A DNA stretch of 63,574 nt, filler included, from Folioceros fuciformis (Eukaryota), in the NCBI GenBank assembly GCA_049999805.1. It is 10 parts of 10 records of this genome, joined end to end, with 100 filler letters (N's around TTAATTAATTAA, not from the genome) between each part and the next. Parts side by side here need not be neighbours in the genome. Positions count along the whole stretch, not along the records: positions 1 to 3,426 come from JBNGIO010003941.1; positions 3,527 to 12,766 come from JBNGIO010003942.1; 8 more parts are not named here. One strand, written 5' to 3'. Both the position numbers and the translations under genes were made by a program. Shown here in pieces: positions 1 to 10,919 of this stretch (within the stretch, counting starts at the first letter, position 1; each line of letters begins with the position of its first letter). The notes below the pieces were generated by a model. That model had not been told where the DNA came from. It made no database searches and saw nothing but the letters and a program-made list of their open reading frames with translations.

Positions 1-125
1 TTGGGCATAAACACCCTGGTCTTATTTACCTACTAAGCCGATTCGCCTGTCCCTTCACAAAAAAAATCACAACCTGCTCATTCCATCGCTCAAAATGGGT
101 ATTCCGTAAGTTTTTTTCGTTCACA
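1..125 (-). mobile_element. LTR terminus of repeat family A (TGTGAACG...), inserted into a gag ORF
   Basis: Reverse complement matches the sequences starting at 59952 and 63289. It starts with TG and cuts across the gag-like ORF. Confidence 0.75.
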
Positions 126-1780
126 TCTACATTAGTAGCCACCTTGGTCTTGGCCTTCTCTTGCTGTTGTTTGCTGCATGAGACTCCTGTATTGCCTGTA
201 GCCAAGAGGCTTGAATCAATGGAAGTGGGAACTGTCCCTGCAACATTTGTGGTGCCCCCTCGCTGTTGCCTTCGCTCCGGATGCTTCTGGAAGCATACAG
301 TCACAAGATGTCCAAGCTTGTGGCAATGAGAACAAAGCAATCCTTCAGGAGGGCACTTGCAGGCCGGAGCCATGTGCTCCGGACTGCCACAACGATTGCA
401 CAAAGCCTCCAAGGTTGCTGCAGCTCCTGCTTTGGCTAGCTTGGCTTGAGTAGACTTGGATGCCCCAACACCTACGCTCCCAGCAGCTATGTTCTTACTA
501 GAGAACATACTTTGATAATGCGTGAAGGCCTTAGAATGCCTTGAGGCATATGCTGAGAATGCAATCTCCTTCTTCTCAGCCTCCTCATGCACCTGCTCCA
601 AAGTATAACTATCTCCATACTTATCCACAAGGGATGTGATGAGCTGAAAGTGGAAAAGTGAATCACCTTCCAACGCTGTGAGGAATTTCTGTGCTGCCTC
701 CTAGTCTGTTAGCATTCCTGTACCCTCTCGCAATTTCTGTAGTCGATGAAAGGTCATCTGAACAGTTTCACCTTTCTTGCGCAAAACTTGCCAACTCTGC
801 AATCTTCTCAGACGCCTTGAGGGGAAAAGCCTTTTCCAAAATCCCCAAGAAGTCTTCCACTGGGTTGGCATGCTTGGGTGTGAGGATGTCAGCATCCACA
901 CCTGCAGTAGCTGCAGCCATCTCTGCTGTTGTTAGGCTGACCACTGTTGGTGTTGCACTGTGGCTGCAATGCTCCCAGCAGCAATACGAGCCTGGTGAGC
1001 ATCAATTGCATTAGCTAGCTTAGCATTGTAAGCTAGCTGCAAGGCATTCTGAAACAGGGGGTTAGGTGTAGCCACCATTGCTGTGAGTTCAGCTTGGTGC
1101 ACCTCGTACAAGTCTAGGGCCTCGTCTGCTAGATGCCCAGCCAATTGTTCAAACATGTAGAGGTGGCTGTACGCAGCACCATGTTTAAGCTTGACCCGAC
1201 CGATCATGCCATTGACAAATAACTTGAAGTCCCGTAGGGTGTGTACCTGGCCTCCCTGAAAATCTCTCATGCCTGTAAGGTGCTCCTCCCTCCATGTCGT
1301 CTGAGTCTTCAGAATACTCAGCATGTGACTGGCTGATGTATGGCTGTCCTGGATGAGGAAATCTAAGGCCTGAGTGAATTGAAGGCTGCCCACCCCAGTT
1401 GGCAAGTGGGGCTGCTCCAAGGGTGTATGGCCCAAGGACTATTCTAACAAGAACTCTCCCTGTGTCTCCTCCTTAGGTAGCTGGCTTTGAAATGGAGCCT
1501 GCTCTCCCTCCAAAGTTGAAGGCTCAGAGATGAGGAAACTTGTAAATGGGGACCAGCTGGTTGCTAGCCTTGCTGTTGAAGGTGGAGTGTCGGGGTCGAA
1601 GCTGACTTCCACAAACTCCTGATCTTGCTCCTGCCTCTTGGCTGCCCTCCTCCGTTGTATGTATGCACGTCTAGGTGGGGTGCTTTGTCGAGGGATGTCA
1701 CGGGATCTTAGTCTATAACGAGGACTGGTCCCATGCTCCTTAGGTTGCATTCCCCCATGAACATGCACAGCAAACAACAA
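126..1780 (-). mobile_element. Degenerate Ty3/gypsy-type gag with two CCHC zinc knuckles
   Basis: ORF pieces 1439-1780, 932-1435, 701-901 and 26-673 are broken by stops and frameshifts. Knuckles are CNRCGSPEHMAPAC and CSHCHKLGHLVTVC. Confidence 0.7.
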
Positions 1781-2799
1781 GTCAGCTAGCTAGGCTGGAA
1801 GAGGAAAAGAAGGCAATCCAATACTGCAGTCACGCTTGCTGCTAAAGCTAGAAAACCAAACCAGTCCACAACTGTGAAATGCAAAAGTCACAGCTGCAAA
1901 AAAGGACTTGTAGGGAGCTGGTCTAAAAGCTAAGCTAAGAGCTAAGCTACACGTAATGAAAGACCTGAAATATCACTGTCCACTAGAGCCCTAGCCCCTA
2001 TGCTGCAACAAGAGGAGTGTTGGCTGCAAATAGCCGACATGCCCCAACTGAAACCCTAGGTGACAAACTCCTCCAAGGCATTCAGTCCTCGCATTTCACT
2101 CTAAATTGAACAAAAGTTATACCAATGGCTTCGTCTCAATGAGGCAAACAATCTGGTATGTAAATTGAAAGCAACCGACCTCTGAAATCGACGCTACAAA
2201 CTCTGGAAGGTTGGGAAAGCTTGCTGCAGTTGAACTGCTGTTGTTGCTACTAGAACGATTGGGGTGTGTAGGTGATGCTGCCTTGCTGTAGTTGCGTGGC
2301 CGCCTCCACCTAGCTCATTCACTCCCACATCTTGCTTCCCTGCCCAGATTGAGATAGTTATTGAAGTGAAGAGATTGTAGCAAAACCTTGCAGCAATCTA
2401 GGTTTGAAAGGAGCTGCGTGACACACGCAGCTTGGTGAGTCAGTAAGNNNNNNNNNNNNNNNNNNNNNNNNNNNNNNNNNNNNNNNNNNNNNNNNNNNNN
2501 NNNNNNNNNNNNNNNNNNNNNNNNNNNNNNNNNNNNNNNNNNNNNNNCCCTAGCATCAGCACTGCTCCTTCCATGATGCCTTGCTAGCATACCCTAAGTT
2601 CTGTTGTTTCCCCACGTTGCCACGTTGGGCAGCAGGGTTACACCAACAACAAGTTGGGAAATACCCAACAAGTGTTCAGACTCAACTTGCCTAGAAACAT
2701 CTAGCTATTTCTAAGCTAGTGTGCGAAATATCTACCTAAGCTAAGTTCATTTATCCTAGCATTTAAAACATATATTTGCTATCCTATTCTAAACAACAT

Positions 2800-3371
2800 T
2801 GGCTGAGGGTTTCTTACCTAATCGGCGGTCACCTTCTTGACACCCTCAACTTGAATAATCGATCCTACAAAAATTTGCTTAGTCACAAGTCATTGCCATA
2901 AACTACTATTCCTGATGATACTAGCATCATTTGACCTCCTAGGCTATTAGCTCATATGTCCATGAACATCTATCGGTTATCATATACAGCTTGAAGCACC
3001 ATACAATTAGGTGGCTTAACTGCGAACTTGATGAAAGATCCATCTATAGCACCAACAATGTTAAGTAATAAGGTCCACTCCTCAAAAGCTTGTGATATCT
3101 CAATATGCCATTGAGCTGATGGAATGGCCACAAATGTAAAATATAACTTTGTAGGATTACTTAAGATTGAAACAATGAGCTTTGTATACTCCATAAATAT
3201 GGCATCACCAGCTCCATACTTGGAGACTACCGTCAATGAAGACAGACCTTTGCTCAACCTCTGCAACACCAAAGCAACTGCCTTTTCACATAATATTGGT
3301 GTTCTTGGTGATGTGTGTACCAAAAGGGGTTGCAATTGATACACAATTACCATGAAAAGAGGGTAGGACAT
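2800..3371 (-). mobile_element. PIF/Harbinger transposase fragment (DDE_Tnp_4/HARBI1-like)
   Basis: Motifs PILCEKAVALVLQRLSKG and NIVGAIDGSFI...MVLQAVYD. Degenerate downstream of 2970. Confidence 0.8.
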
Positions 3372-3426
3372 TCGATATTCCCATTGCCAATGCTCATCAT
3401 GAAAAGAGGGTAGGACATTCGATATT

Positions 3427-3526
3427 NNNNNNNNNNNNNNNNNNNNNNNNNNNNNNNNNNNNNNNNNNNNTTAATTAATTAANNNNNNNNNNNNNNNNNN
3501 NNNNNNNNNNNNNNNNNNNNNNNNNN
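3427..3526. other. Artificial contig linker (same at 12767, 19085, 31716, 42201, 47735, 53271, 57891, 61016)
   Basis: 44 N + TTAATTAATTAA (stops in all six frames) + 44 N, repeated identically nine times. Confidence 0.97.
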
Positions 3527-3579
3527 CGCATTGCCTTGTGCGGTCGAGCTGGTTCTAGCACTGTAACACGCTTGCGAGC

Positions 3580-5791
3580 ATGGAGATGAATTACCTGTCC
3601 CAGTGGTTTGTGCTGGAGATGGTCGTGGCATTGCTGGTGCTGCTGGCGGCGTGGCCAGTGTGGCGCTTCTGGGAGCGCCGGGGAATTCACGCACCCAAGG
3701 GGACCCGGTCCCTGCCGGGAACCATGGGATGGCCCTTCCTTGGCGAGTCCTTAGAGCTGCTAGCCGCATTCAAGAAGGGCGCGGCGGAGGAATTCACCGG
3801 CGAGCGGTACCGCAAGTTCGGCGACACCTTCAAGTCGCACGTCTTCGGGACGCCGTACGCGTTCATCCGGGGACCTGAGGCGGTGCGGCTGCTGGCCGGA
3901 AGCGAGGACAAGCTGGTGCACGCGCACCAGTTCGCGCCCGCCAGGATCCTCATCGGCGACGCCGCGCTCATCAACATGCAGGGCGAGCAGCACAAGCGCT
4001 ACCGCCGTCTCTTCAACGATAAATTCATGGGAGAGGGATTGCGGAAGCACCTGCCCGTGGTGGAGTCCGTTGTGCTGGAGGCGCTGGCAGCCTGGAAGGT
4101 CGGGGATGTGCGTGTCGTGAAGGAGGATACTGTGAAGGTACGTCGTCTTGCGATGGCGGGCCAGGGCGGTTCAGTTCCCCCGCCAGGCGTCGCGGTCTGT
4201 AGGCGAGTACGTGTATTGGAAAACGATGATTCTTCTGACGCCTGGTGCGCTTTTGTGGCCGCAGTTCACGTACAACGTGATCGCCGGCGTGGTGATGGGG
4301 TGGGGACCTGGCCCTATCCGTGACCGCAGCTTGGACCTTGTGCGCGTCGTCAGTAGCAATCTGTTCAAGGCGCCTATCAATTTCCCTGGCTTCGCTTTCC
4401 ACAAGGCCATGCGGGTATGTGCTGTGCAGGTAGTGAGTGCTTGATTGGCTTGGACAGAGGTATGGAGTTGTTGACGGTGGGGAACAATGCGGCGATGCAG
4501 GCCAGGAAGGAGCTCTCCAAGATGTTCACCACTGAAATCGCGTTGCGGAGGCAGGGCAAGGTGACCAATGGCGACCTGCTGCAGGTAATGATGGAGGCGG
4601 TGGATTCGGAATCCGACGGGAAGCCGGCCATGAGTGACTTGCAGTTGCTGGACACGCTGCACAACTTGATCCTGGCCGGCCACGAGACGTCCACAAACAC
4701 CTTGACTTGGCTCGCCAAGTTCATTCACGAGCATCCTGACGTCAAGCAGCGGCTCATTGTATGTGTGAATTCGAAGTCAAGAAAATCTCTTCCGGACCGT
4801 TTTCTTTTCTGTGATTCCCGGCGAGCTTGCCTGTGAGAACTAGTGCTCAAACCCCAATCTGCGCTCCCGGACCGTGTTTGGCAGGCTGAACATCAGGCAG
4901 TGAGAAGCAGAAAGCAAGAGGGAGAGCCACTCACATGGGAGGAGCTCAACAACGACTTTGTTTACACTTCAGCGGTGAGGGACGGTCTCTCTTTCTCCCA
5001 CGTCTTGTACTTGGACCCAGGCTTAACACGCTCCGTGTGGTGATGTTGCAGGTGATCAAAGAGTCGCTTAGGGTGGCTTCCCTGGCGTTTTGGCACCATC
5101 GTTCTGTGAAGGAGGACTTCACATTCAACGGTAAGCTCGCATCCTAACCCTACTTGCAGCTTGAATGCTTGCTTCTTACTAATAGAGGACAGCAAGCATT
5201 GAACGGGTGGAATTTGAGTTTGATCCGATCGTGTAGGATACTAACATTAACTCATGCCGTGCAGGATACCATATTCCCAAGGGCTGGAACATTGTGCTGG
5301 ACGTACATGACCTACATCACAACCCTGAGCTATACCCTGAACCAGACAAGTTCGAGCCCTCTCGTTTCTTTGTGAGTTGGAATCGTTCGAGTTCAAAGAA
5401 TCCCGAACTTTTGCGCTTGAATGTTGTGAGCTTGCAAGAGCTCACGTCTTGCTGATTGCAAAACAGGAACCCGCAAAGCGCCACACGTTCATGCCATTCG
5501 GGACTGGTCCGAGAATTTGTCTGGGAAAAGATTTGGCGATGATGGAAGTGAAGGTGTTTCTTCACCACTGGATGACCAAGTACAGGTGGGCACCCGTGCA
5601 ACTGCATCCATTGTTCCTGTTCTGGTTCTTGTTGCCTGCTCACAGAATTTTAAAGTTATTAAATTCATTTCCGTGTGTGTTTCGCAACCAACAGTTGGTC
5701 CCTCACGGAAGCAGCTACAGGTAGAGATTTCTCGGGTCTCCCGATCCCCAACAACGGATCACCTATCCGTATCGAGGCACTTCTCGCCTGA
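3580..5791 (+). CDS. Cytochrome P450, CYP85 clan (CYP716-like N-terminus), 8 exons, ~485 aa
   Basis: Exons 3580-4137, 4265-4414, 4501-4758, 4885-4974, 5052-5130, 5265-5371, 5467-5585, 5695-5791; all GT-AG, total 1458 nt. Motifs LPGTMGWPFLGES, AGHETS, ESLR, PSRF and heme FGTGPRICLG. The 150/90/79/107-nt exons are typical of the clan. Confidence 0.93.
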
Positions 5792-6061
5792 GCCGACGCC
5801 GGCTGCCTACAAGTCCATGCAGTTTTTCTCCAAAGCTGTATTTAGTCTATAATATTACTTACAAAGTCTTGAAAAGCACACGTCGGAGATAGGACTAGAC
5901 AACGAGGTCAGCAACTGGACAAATAGGAGGCAATGGAGCTGGAATGTAATCACCCGTTCAGACTGAGTTCTAGCTTACACTAGACAACTGCAGATAAACA
6001 TCACTAGACAACTGCAGATAAACATCTCGCGCATATACATGGGTGGCCATGCCTGCTGTTC

Positions 6062-6629
6062 AAGAACTGTTGACACAAGAGAAAGCTCCCTTCACTTTGT
6101 CCAATGCTCCCTCGGCTGCCCGCTTGGTCCTGTCTCCAGCCTACAAGGGCATTCGAAATTATCATGATGTCAACACGGTCCAACTGAACCTACACGCCTT
6201 TCGAAGCTTTCAAAGTTTCTAAGAAGGCACAAATTGCCTAGGGCAGCGGTCGTGATAACGACCTGCTGCCGCATGTTGCCAGTGTTGTTCCTAAAACTGC
6301 AACAGCCTTGTGCTGCGCAGCGTCGGTGGCGTGAGAAGCACCCTCCTTCATCTGGCCGATCCGTTCTTCGCCCATCTCACCAGCCTGGTGCATCTTGTCT
6401 TGAGCTGTCTGTCCCACACCCTGATCAACATAAACACAATAATAATCGATGAGTGGCCAGTCGCGATTGCCCAAGATAGATGAACTGACAAAATTCATCT
6501 CTTTGCAGTGAACGAACCTTGGTATGCTCCTGAGCCTGGCCTGTCTTGGCCCGCTTGTCCTGTCGAAAATGCGCTGTCTCCGCAGTCTTGAGAGCAACAG
6601 TCCCCTGTCTGCTGGAACAGTTCCGCCAT
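6062..6629 (-). pseudogene. Small group-3 LEA-like gene, three exons, apparently frameshifted
   Basis: Peptides KTGQAQEHTK | GVGQTAQDKMHQAGEMGEERIGQMKEGASHATDAAQHK...NNTGNMRQQ | AGDRTKRAAEGALDKVKGAF lie between GT-AG sites. They cannot be joined in frame from the ATG at 6629. Confidence 0.5.
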
Positions 6630-7334
6630 TTCTGCACTGCAGCAAAAGGACTATGTACAGAACGCTCTATTGATTTGGATTTTGCCGGAATGACAAGCTG
6701 ACGTGAAATCTCTGCGACAAGGCAACCTTAATCTGAAATCTTGAGCAAGGATGCAAACATACGCTGACGAAGTGGAGAGCAGGAGAGCAGCTATGAGCGT
6801 TCGATTTCAGACGACGGGGCAGCTGCTGCTATCTGGCGCTAGTTCTCTGTGCCATAACGGACCCTGCTGACTCATCACATCTACATCCCTAAAGTTTAAA
6901 CTGCCCAAAGGACACCATGTTCCCTGCCCAGTCACTGATTTCTTTATGCCTCGCATGCTGGCCTTGGGTCGACATACACACACGTTCGTATCCACGGTCT
7001 TTGGCCTGCGCCTAAACCTCACCCGAAGTTTATTACCCGCTTCTCGACAGGCGTGCAGGATTCGTCGTTACGCGCCCGGCCACCGGCTCCACTCCACCGG
7101 TTAGTTTTCAATCCATCGCCAGTTTGTTGGCCCGGTTCGCACCAAACTCGTTCCCTACGTGCATTCCTGTGATATACGTATGTATATACCTGTATGTACT
7201 TTGGTTTGAATACTTTCGTACTTTCTAAGCTCCACTTCCGTGGCCAAAGTGCATTCGCTGGCTATGGAGTTTGAATGGGGCTTGGCCCCTTTAGTCTTGC
7301 CCCTCACCATAACGCTTCTTGAAGCACATACCAA

Positions 7335-7810
7335 CAACAGTGATCTCAAAGCACATACTAACAGTGATCTCAAGCGCAGTGATCTTAAGCACAGTCTTGG
7401 CTTTCACGATCAATTATGATTTTCACAGTCACAGCTTCCACTCAGTGATCAATTATTATCTCCACTTCGACTCACTACAAGTGATCAACTATTACCTCTA
7501 CTTCCATGGACTACAAGTGATCAACTATTACCTCTATTTCAACTCACTATAAGTGATCAACTATTACCTCTATTTCAACTCACTATAAGTGATCAACNNN
7601 NNNNNNNNNNNNNNNNNNNNNNNNNNNNNNNNNNNNNNNNNNNNNNNNNNNNNNNNNNNNNNNNNNNNNNNNNNNNNNNNNNNNNNNNNNNNNNNNNTAT
7701 TACCTCTATTTCAACTCACTATAAGTGATCAACTATTATCTCCACAGTACAACTTCCACTCACTGTAGGTGATCAACTATGATCTCCACAATCACGGCTT
7801 CTACTCACTA
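7335..7810. repeat. 36-bp tandem array (AAGTGATCAACTATTACCTCTATTTCAACTCACTAT), spans a gap
   Basis: Direct repeats at 7515, 7551 etc., with degenerate units at both edges. Confidence 0.9.
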
Positions 7811-8014
7811 CACCGCTTTTAGAATTCTATGGCTCACAATTAAGCATGCTTAGCTCCACGGCCTACAACCTGCTATACAAAAAGTTATCGGTGTCTTCCG
7901 CGGCAAACACTTCCAGGCCTTACTTAAAGATTGGCCGGCAATCCTTCTAAGCAAATATTTCTCCCAAAAGCCTTTTCCCTCTTGTTCGAGTTGTATGCCC
8001 CAATTTTACCTATT

Positions 8015-8180
8015 GCTTAGAGTACTTTCCTCTGAATGCTACTGTCTAGATCAAGCTTAGAGTACTTCCCTCTGAATGCTACTATCTAGATCAAGCTTAG
8101 AGTACTTCCCTCTGAATGCTACTGTCCAATCCAGCTCAAGCTTAGAGTACTTCCCTCTGAATGCCACTATCCAGTTCAAG
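8015..8180. repeat. 40-45-bp tandem array (GCTTAGAGTACTTCCCTCTGAATGCTACT...), 4 copies
   Basis: Units start at 8015, 8055, 8095 and 8140. Confidence 0.9.
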
Positions 8181-8402
8181 TCCTCTTTACAGAGCAAACC
8201 TAAGGGAGGATGCTGCAAGTTTTCAAACCCCAAGATATGTTCATGGGTGCACATTGGTTTAAAGCCCATTTGAAGTAGATGTGAAGAAAAGATACTCGCA
8301 TTGGACAAGAATTGTCAGCAAGAAATACTACAAGTGTATCAAACCTATTGCTCCATGAAATTGGACTTCCTAAAGCCGTGCAGACATTGTAGAAACTGTG
8401 CA

Positions 8403-8771
8403 CTTGAGATCGGAGTTGTTAAAGACCCTGGAACTTGAGATTGGGGTTGCTTAAAACCCTTGACCTTGAGATCGGGATTAATTGAGACCCTGGAACTTGA
8501 GATTGGGGTTGCTTAAGACCCTTGACCTTGAGATCGGGGTTAATTGAAACCCTTGAACTTGAGATCGGGGTTAATGAAGACCCTTGAACTTGAGATTGGG
8601 GTTGCTGAATACCCTTGAACTTGAGATGGGGTTGCTGAACACCCTTGAACTTGAGATGGGGTTGCTGAACACCCTTGAACTTGAGATAGGGTTGCTGAAC
8701 ACCCTTGAACTTGAGATAGGGTTGCTGAACAACCTTGAACTTGAGATCGGGGTTGCGACCACCCTTGAGAA
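8403..8771. repeat. ~30-bp tandem array (ACCCTTGAACTTGAGATGGGGTTGCTGAAC), about 12 copies
   Basis: Direct repeats, seen as QQPHLKFKGV repeats in the ORF track. Confidence 0.92.
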
Positions 8772-9730
8772 CCATAACACTTCCAAAGAAAACATACTAT
8801 AGATGCCAAGAGCCCTCGCATGGAACGCTCGTGTTTACGATCGACCAAAAAGCCTGAAGAACAAAAGCCCATTCAAACTCTATAGCCCGCAAATGCACTT
8901 CGCGGTGGAAGTGGAGCTTGGAGAATATGAAACATACGTAGACCACAGGAATGTACGTAGGGGACGAGTTTGGTGCGAACCGGGCCAACAAACTGGCGAT
9001 GGATTGAAAACTAGCCGGTGGCCGGGTGCGTAACGACGAATCCTGCACGCCTCTCGAGAAGCCGGTAATAAACTTCGGGTGAGGTTTAAGCGCTGGGTGG
9101 TCTTGACATCGCAATGGCTCCAAGCAATACGTTGTCGGCAGTTTGGCATTCTTGTCCTTTTCTGCACCGTACTTCATAAACAGCTGGTGAGGGCTTTAGA
9201 ATTCACAATATGGCCATATCCTGGAAAAGGTATTTTATCAAAGGCAAGGAGAGATAGAAGGGCTTCCCGTCGCGCACACACCTTCAGGGTTCACTTATAC
9301 TAACAGTGTCTTCCACCTGTCGCTGACGACTGAAGGAAGCCAGTCCCAGTATTTCCGTGGTGGGATACATCGCAGCATCACACAAATGGTTCACTTCAGG
9401 ATGCTGCTTTTCTCTTCGAAGGCCACCCAGGCTTGCAGTATGGTCGTCAAAAAGCCAGCATGGTTTCTTGGTGTTCCACCCTACACTGCTTAATCCGACC
9501 TGCTTCAAACGCACCCACGTTCTGTTACAACACCAACGAGCAACGGAGCTGTCTCGAAGGATATGACAGAAACCTGACAAAACCTAGTACTTGCACAGGG
9601 AGGGGACGTCAAGCTACCAGCCTGTTTTGAGACAAGGCGACTGCGAGTCTCTGTTTCGAGTCGCTGCGAGAGAGCAGAAGCCCTGGCTTGCAGAGTCGTT
9701 GTCCAGAACGAGAACGGTGAAGCTGTCTGC

Positions 9731-10480
9731 TCACGAAGGAGGCTCCAGCCCAACGTTAACCAGGGCTCCATCACCGTGGAGGCCAAGCTTGGACATCATC
9801 TGGTCAAGTCTGTCTGGATTGGTCAAGTACAAGTATCCTATCAGAGTCTCCAGCGAAGAAGCACTATTATACACGGCCGTTCCTGCCCGCTTGGTGGCTC
9901 TTTTGTGTCCCATTTTCACGTTCCGTCCCCATCGGAGCACATCTTCCTCAACATCCGACAGAAACCTCTCCTTCACCAGCCTCCTCAGCAGCGCATCCTG
10001 CGCTTCGCAGCACGCCACAGCCTGAACCCGGGTGTTGTACATCTCGATGCTCTGCGGAGGAGTAAGAAAATGACGACGCACATACAGTTCGTAGATGGCA
10101 TCTCCCAGGTATGCCAAAGATGCAGCATTGTGCACAGCTCGGGGACGGGGAACGGCCGGTGCCGCCGGCAGCCACACTCTCCTGTCCGCATCACTTACCA
10201 TACTCCCTTCCCCAGTCCCTTCCGTCTCCACAGGGCTGAGCTGCAGTAGCTTCGCCAGGCTGAGTCTCTGCCTCTTTCGCCTTGGACTCTGCACACCCGG
10301 CTCTGATGAAGGCGCCACAGACGGACTAGGGCTCAGGCTGGGCCACGGCCACGCGCTTGCTCTGCATTCCCTTCTCCTCAACCTCACCCGACTAGGGCAT
10401 GCAGAACCTTCAACTGGAAAATCGTCACACAACGAAGCAGTAGAAACGCAGGTGATCACATCTTGCATCCGAAGGACCAT
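9731..10480 (-). CDS. Mini-ribonuclease III (RNC3/RNC4-like, probably plastid-targeted), single exon, 249 aa
   Basis: RNase III signature NAASLAYLGDAIYELYVR, plus VLRWGRN and YNSASSLETLIGYLYL. No dsRBD. S/R/P-rich transit-peptide-like N-terminus. Confidence 0.92.
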   Translation of the reverse strand: MVLRMQDVITCVSTASLCDDFPVEGSACPSRVRLRRRECRASAWPWPSLSPSPSVAPSSEPGVQSPRRKRQRLSLAKLLQLSPVETEGTGEGSMVSDADRRVWLPAAPAVPRPRAVHNAASLAYLGDAIYELYVRRHFLTPPQSIEMYNTRVQAVACCEAQDALLRRLVKERFLSDVEEDVLRWGRNVKMGHKRATKRAGTAVYNSASSLETLIGYLYLTNPDRLDQMMSKLGLHGDGALVNVGLEPPS

Positions 10481-10919
10481 CTTGGCGCTGTGACCTCGGA
10501 GGTTTGCCCTGTTGCGCAGATGTGTCCTAAGAGCTCACCTCGGCAATTCCGAGACGTCTCAAACCTCTCTACTCCGAATTTGGCAGGTTATTCGCATTGA
10601 TTAAAGACCGTCCTTGCCAGTGGGAACGCACTGTTCGCTGTAGAAGACAACCCGGAGTTACTCGCGTATCTCTGTTCAGTCGGAAACGAGCGGCAGAAGC
10701 GGACGAGGTCCCGGACTGCGTCACTCCCCTCGCATTTCGGCTCCGGCGGATGCCCAGCAATGGATTCCGGTAGGTGAGCTGAACCGGGTTGGTGTGTGTT
10801 CGTCGTAGGGTTCGAAGGTGGGTAATCCTCCTGTGGCTTGGCTGGGAGGAATACGCCTTCTTGGGGAACGCTTGATGACATCATTCAGAAGCTGCTGTGG
10901 AGGAACATAACCGCTTGCT
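10481..10919. promoter_or_regulatory. Short bidirectional promoter/5'UTR region between Mini-III and CSN2
   Basis: Divergent start codons only ~440 bp apart. Confidence 0.6.

Larger units (their letters stand above)
7008..9093. mobile_element. Putative non-autonomous foldback/MULE-like element with long inverted repeats (~7008-7283 and ~8866-9093)
   Basis: CCTAAACCTCACCCGAAGTTTATTACC...GAGTTTGAATGGG recurs as its reverse complement on the right, with indels. No clear TSD and no transposase. Confidence 0.55.

Noticed and set aside
3471-3482. Recurrent TTAATTAATTAA motif
   Set aside because: Artificial linker centred in N runs, not biological.
7335-8771. Tandem arrays as CRISPR-like loci
   Set aside because: The units are contiguous with no unique spacers, there are no cas genes, and the context is eukaryotic.
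8419-8872. Repeat-protein ORFs (QQPHLKFKGV etc.)
   Set aside because: Open in several frames and on both strands, a by-product of the 30-bp repeat.
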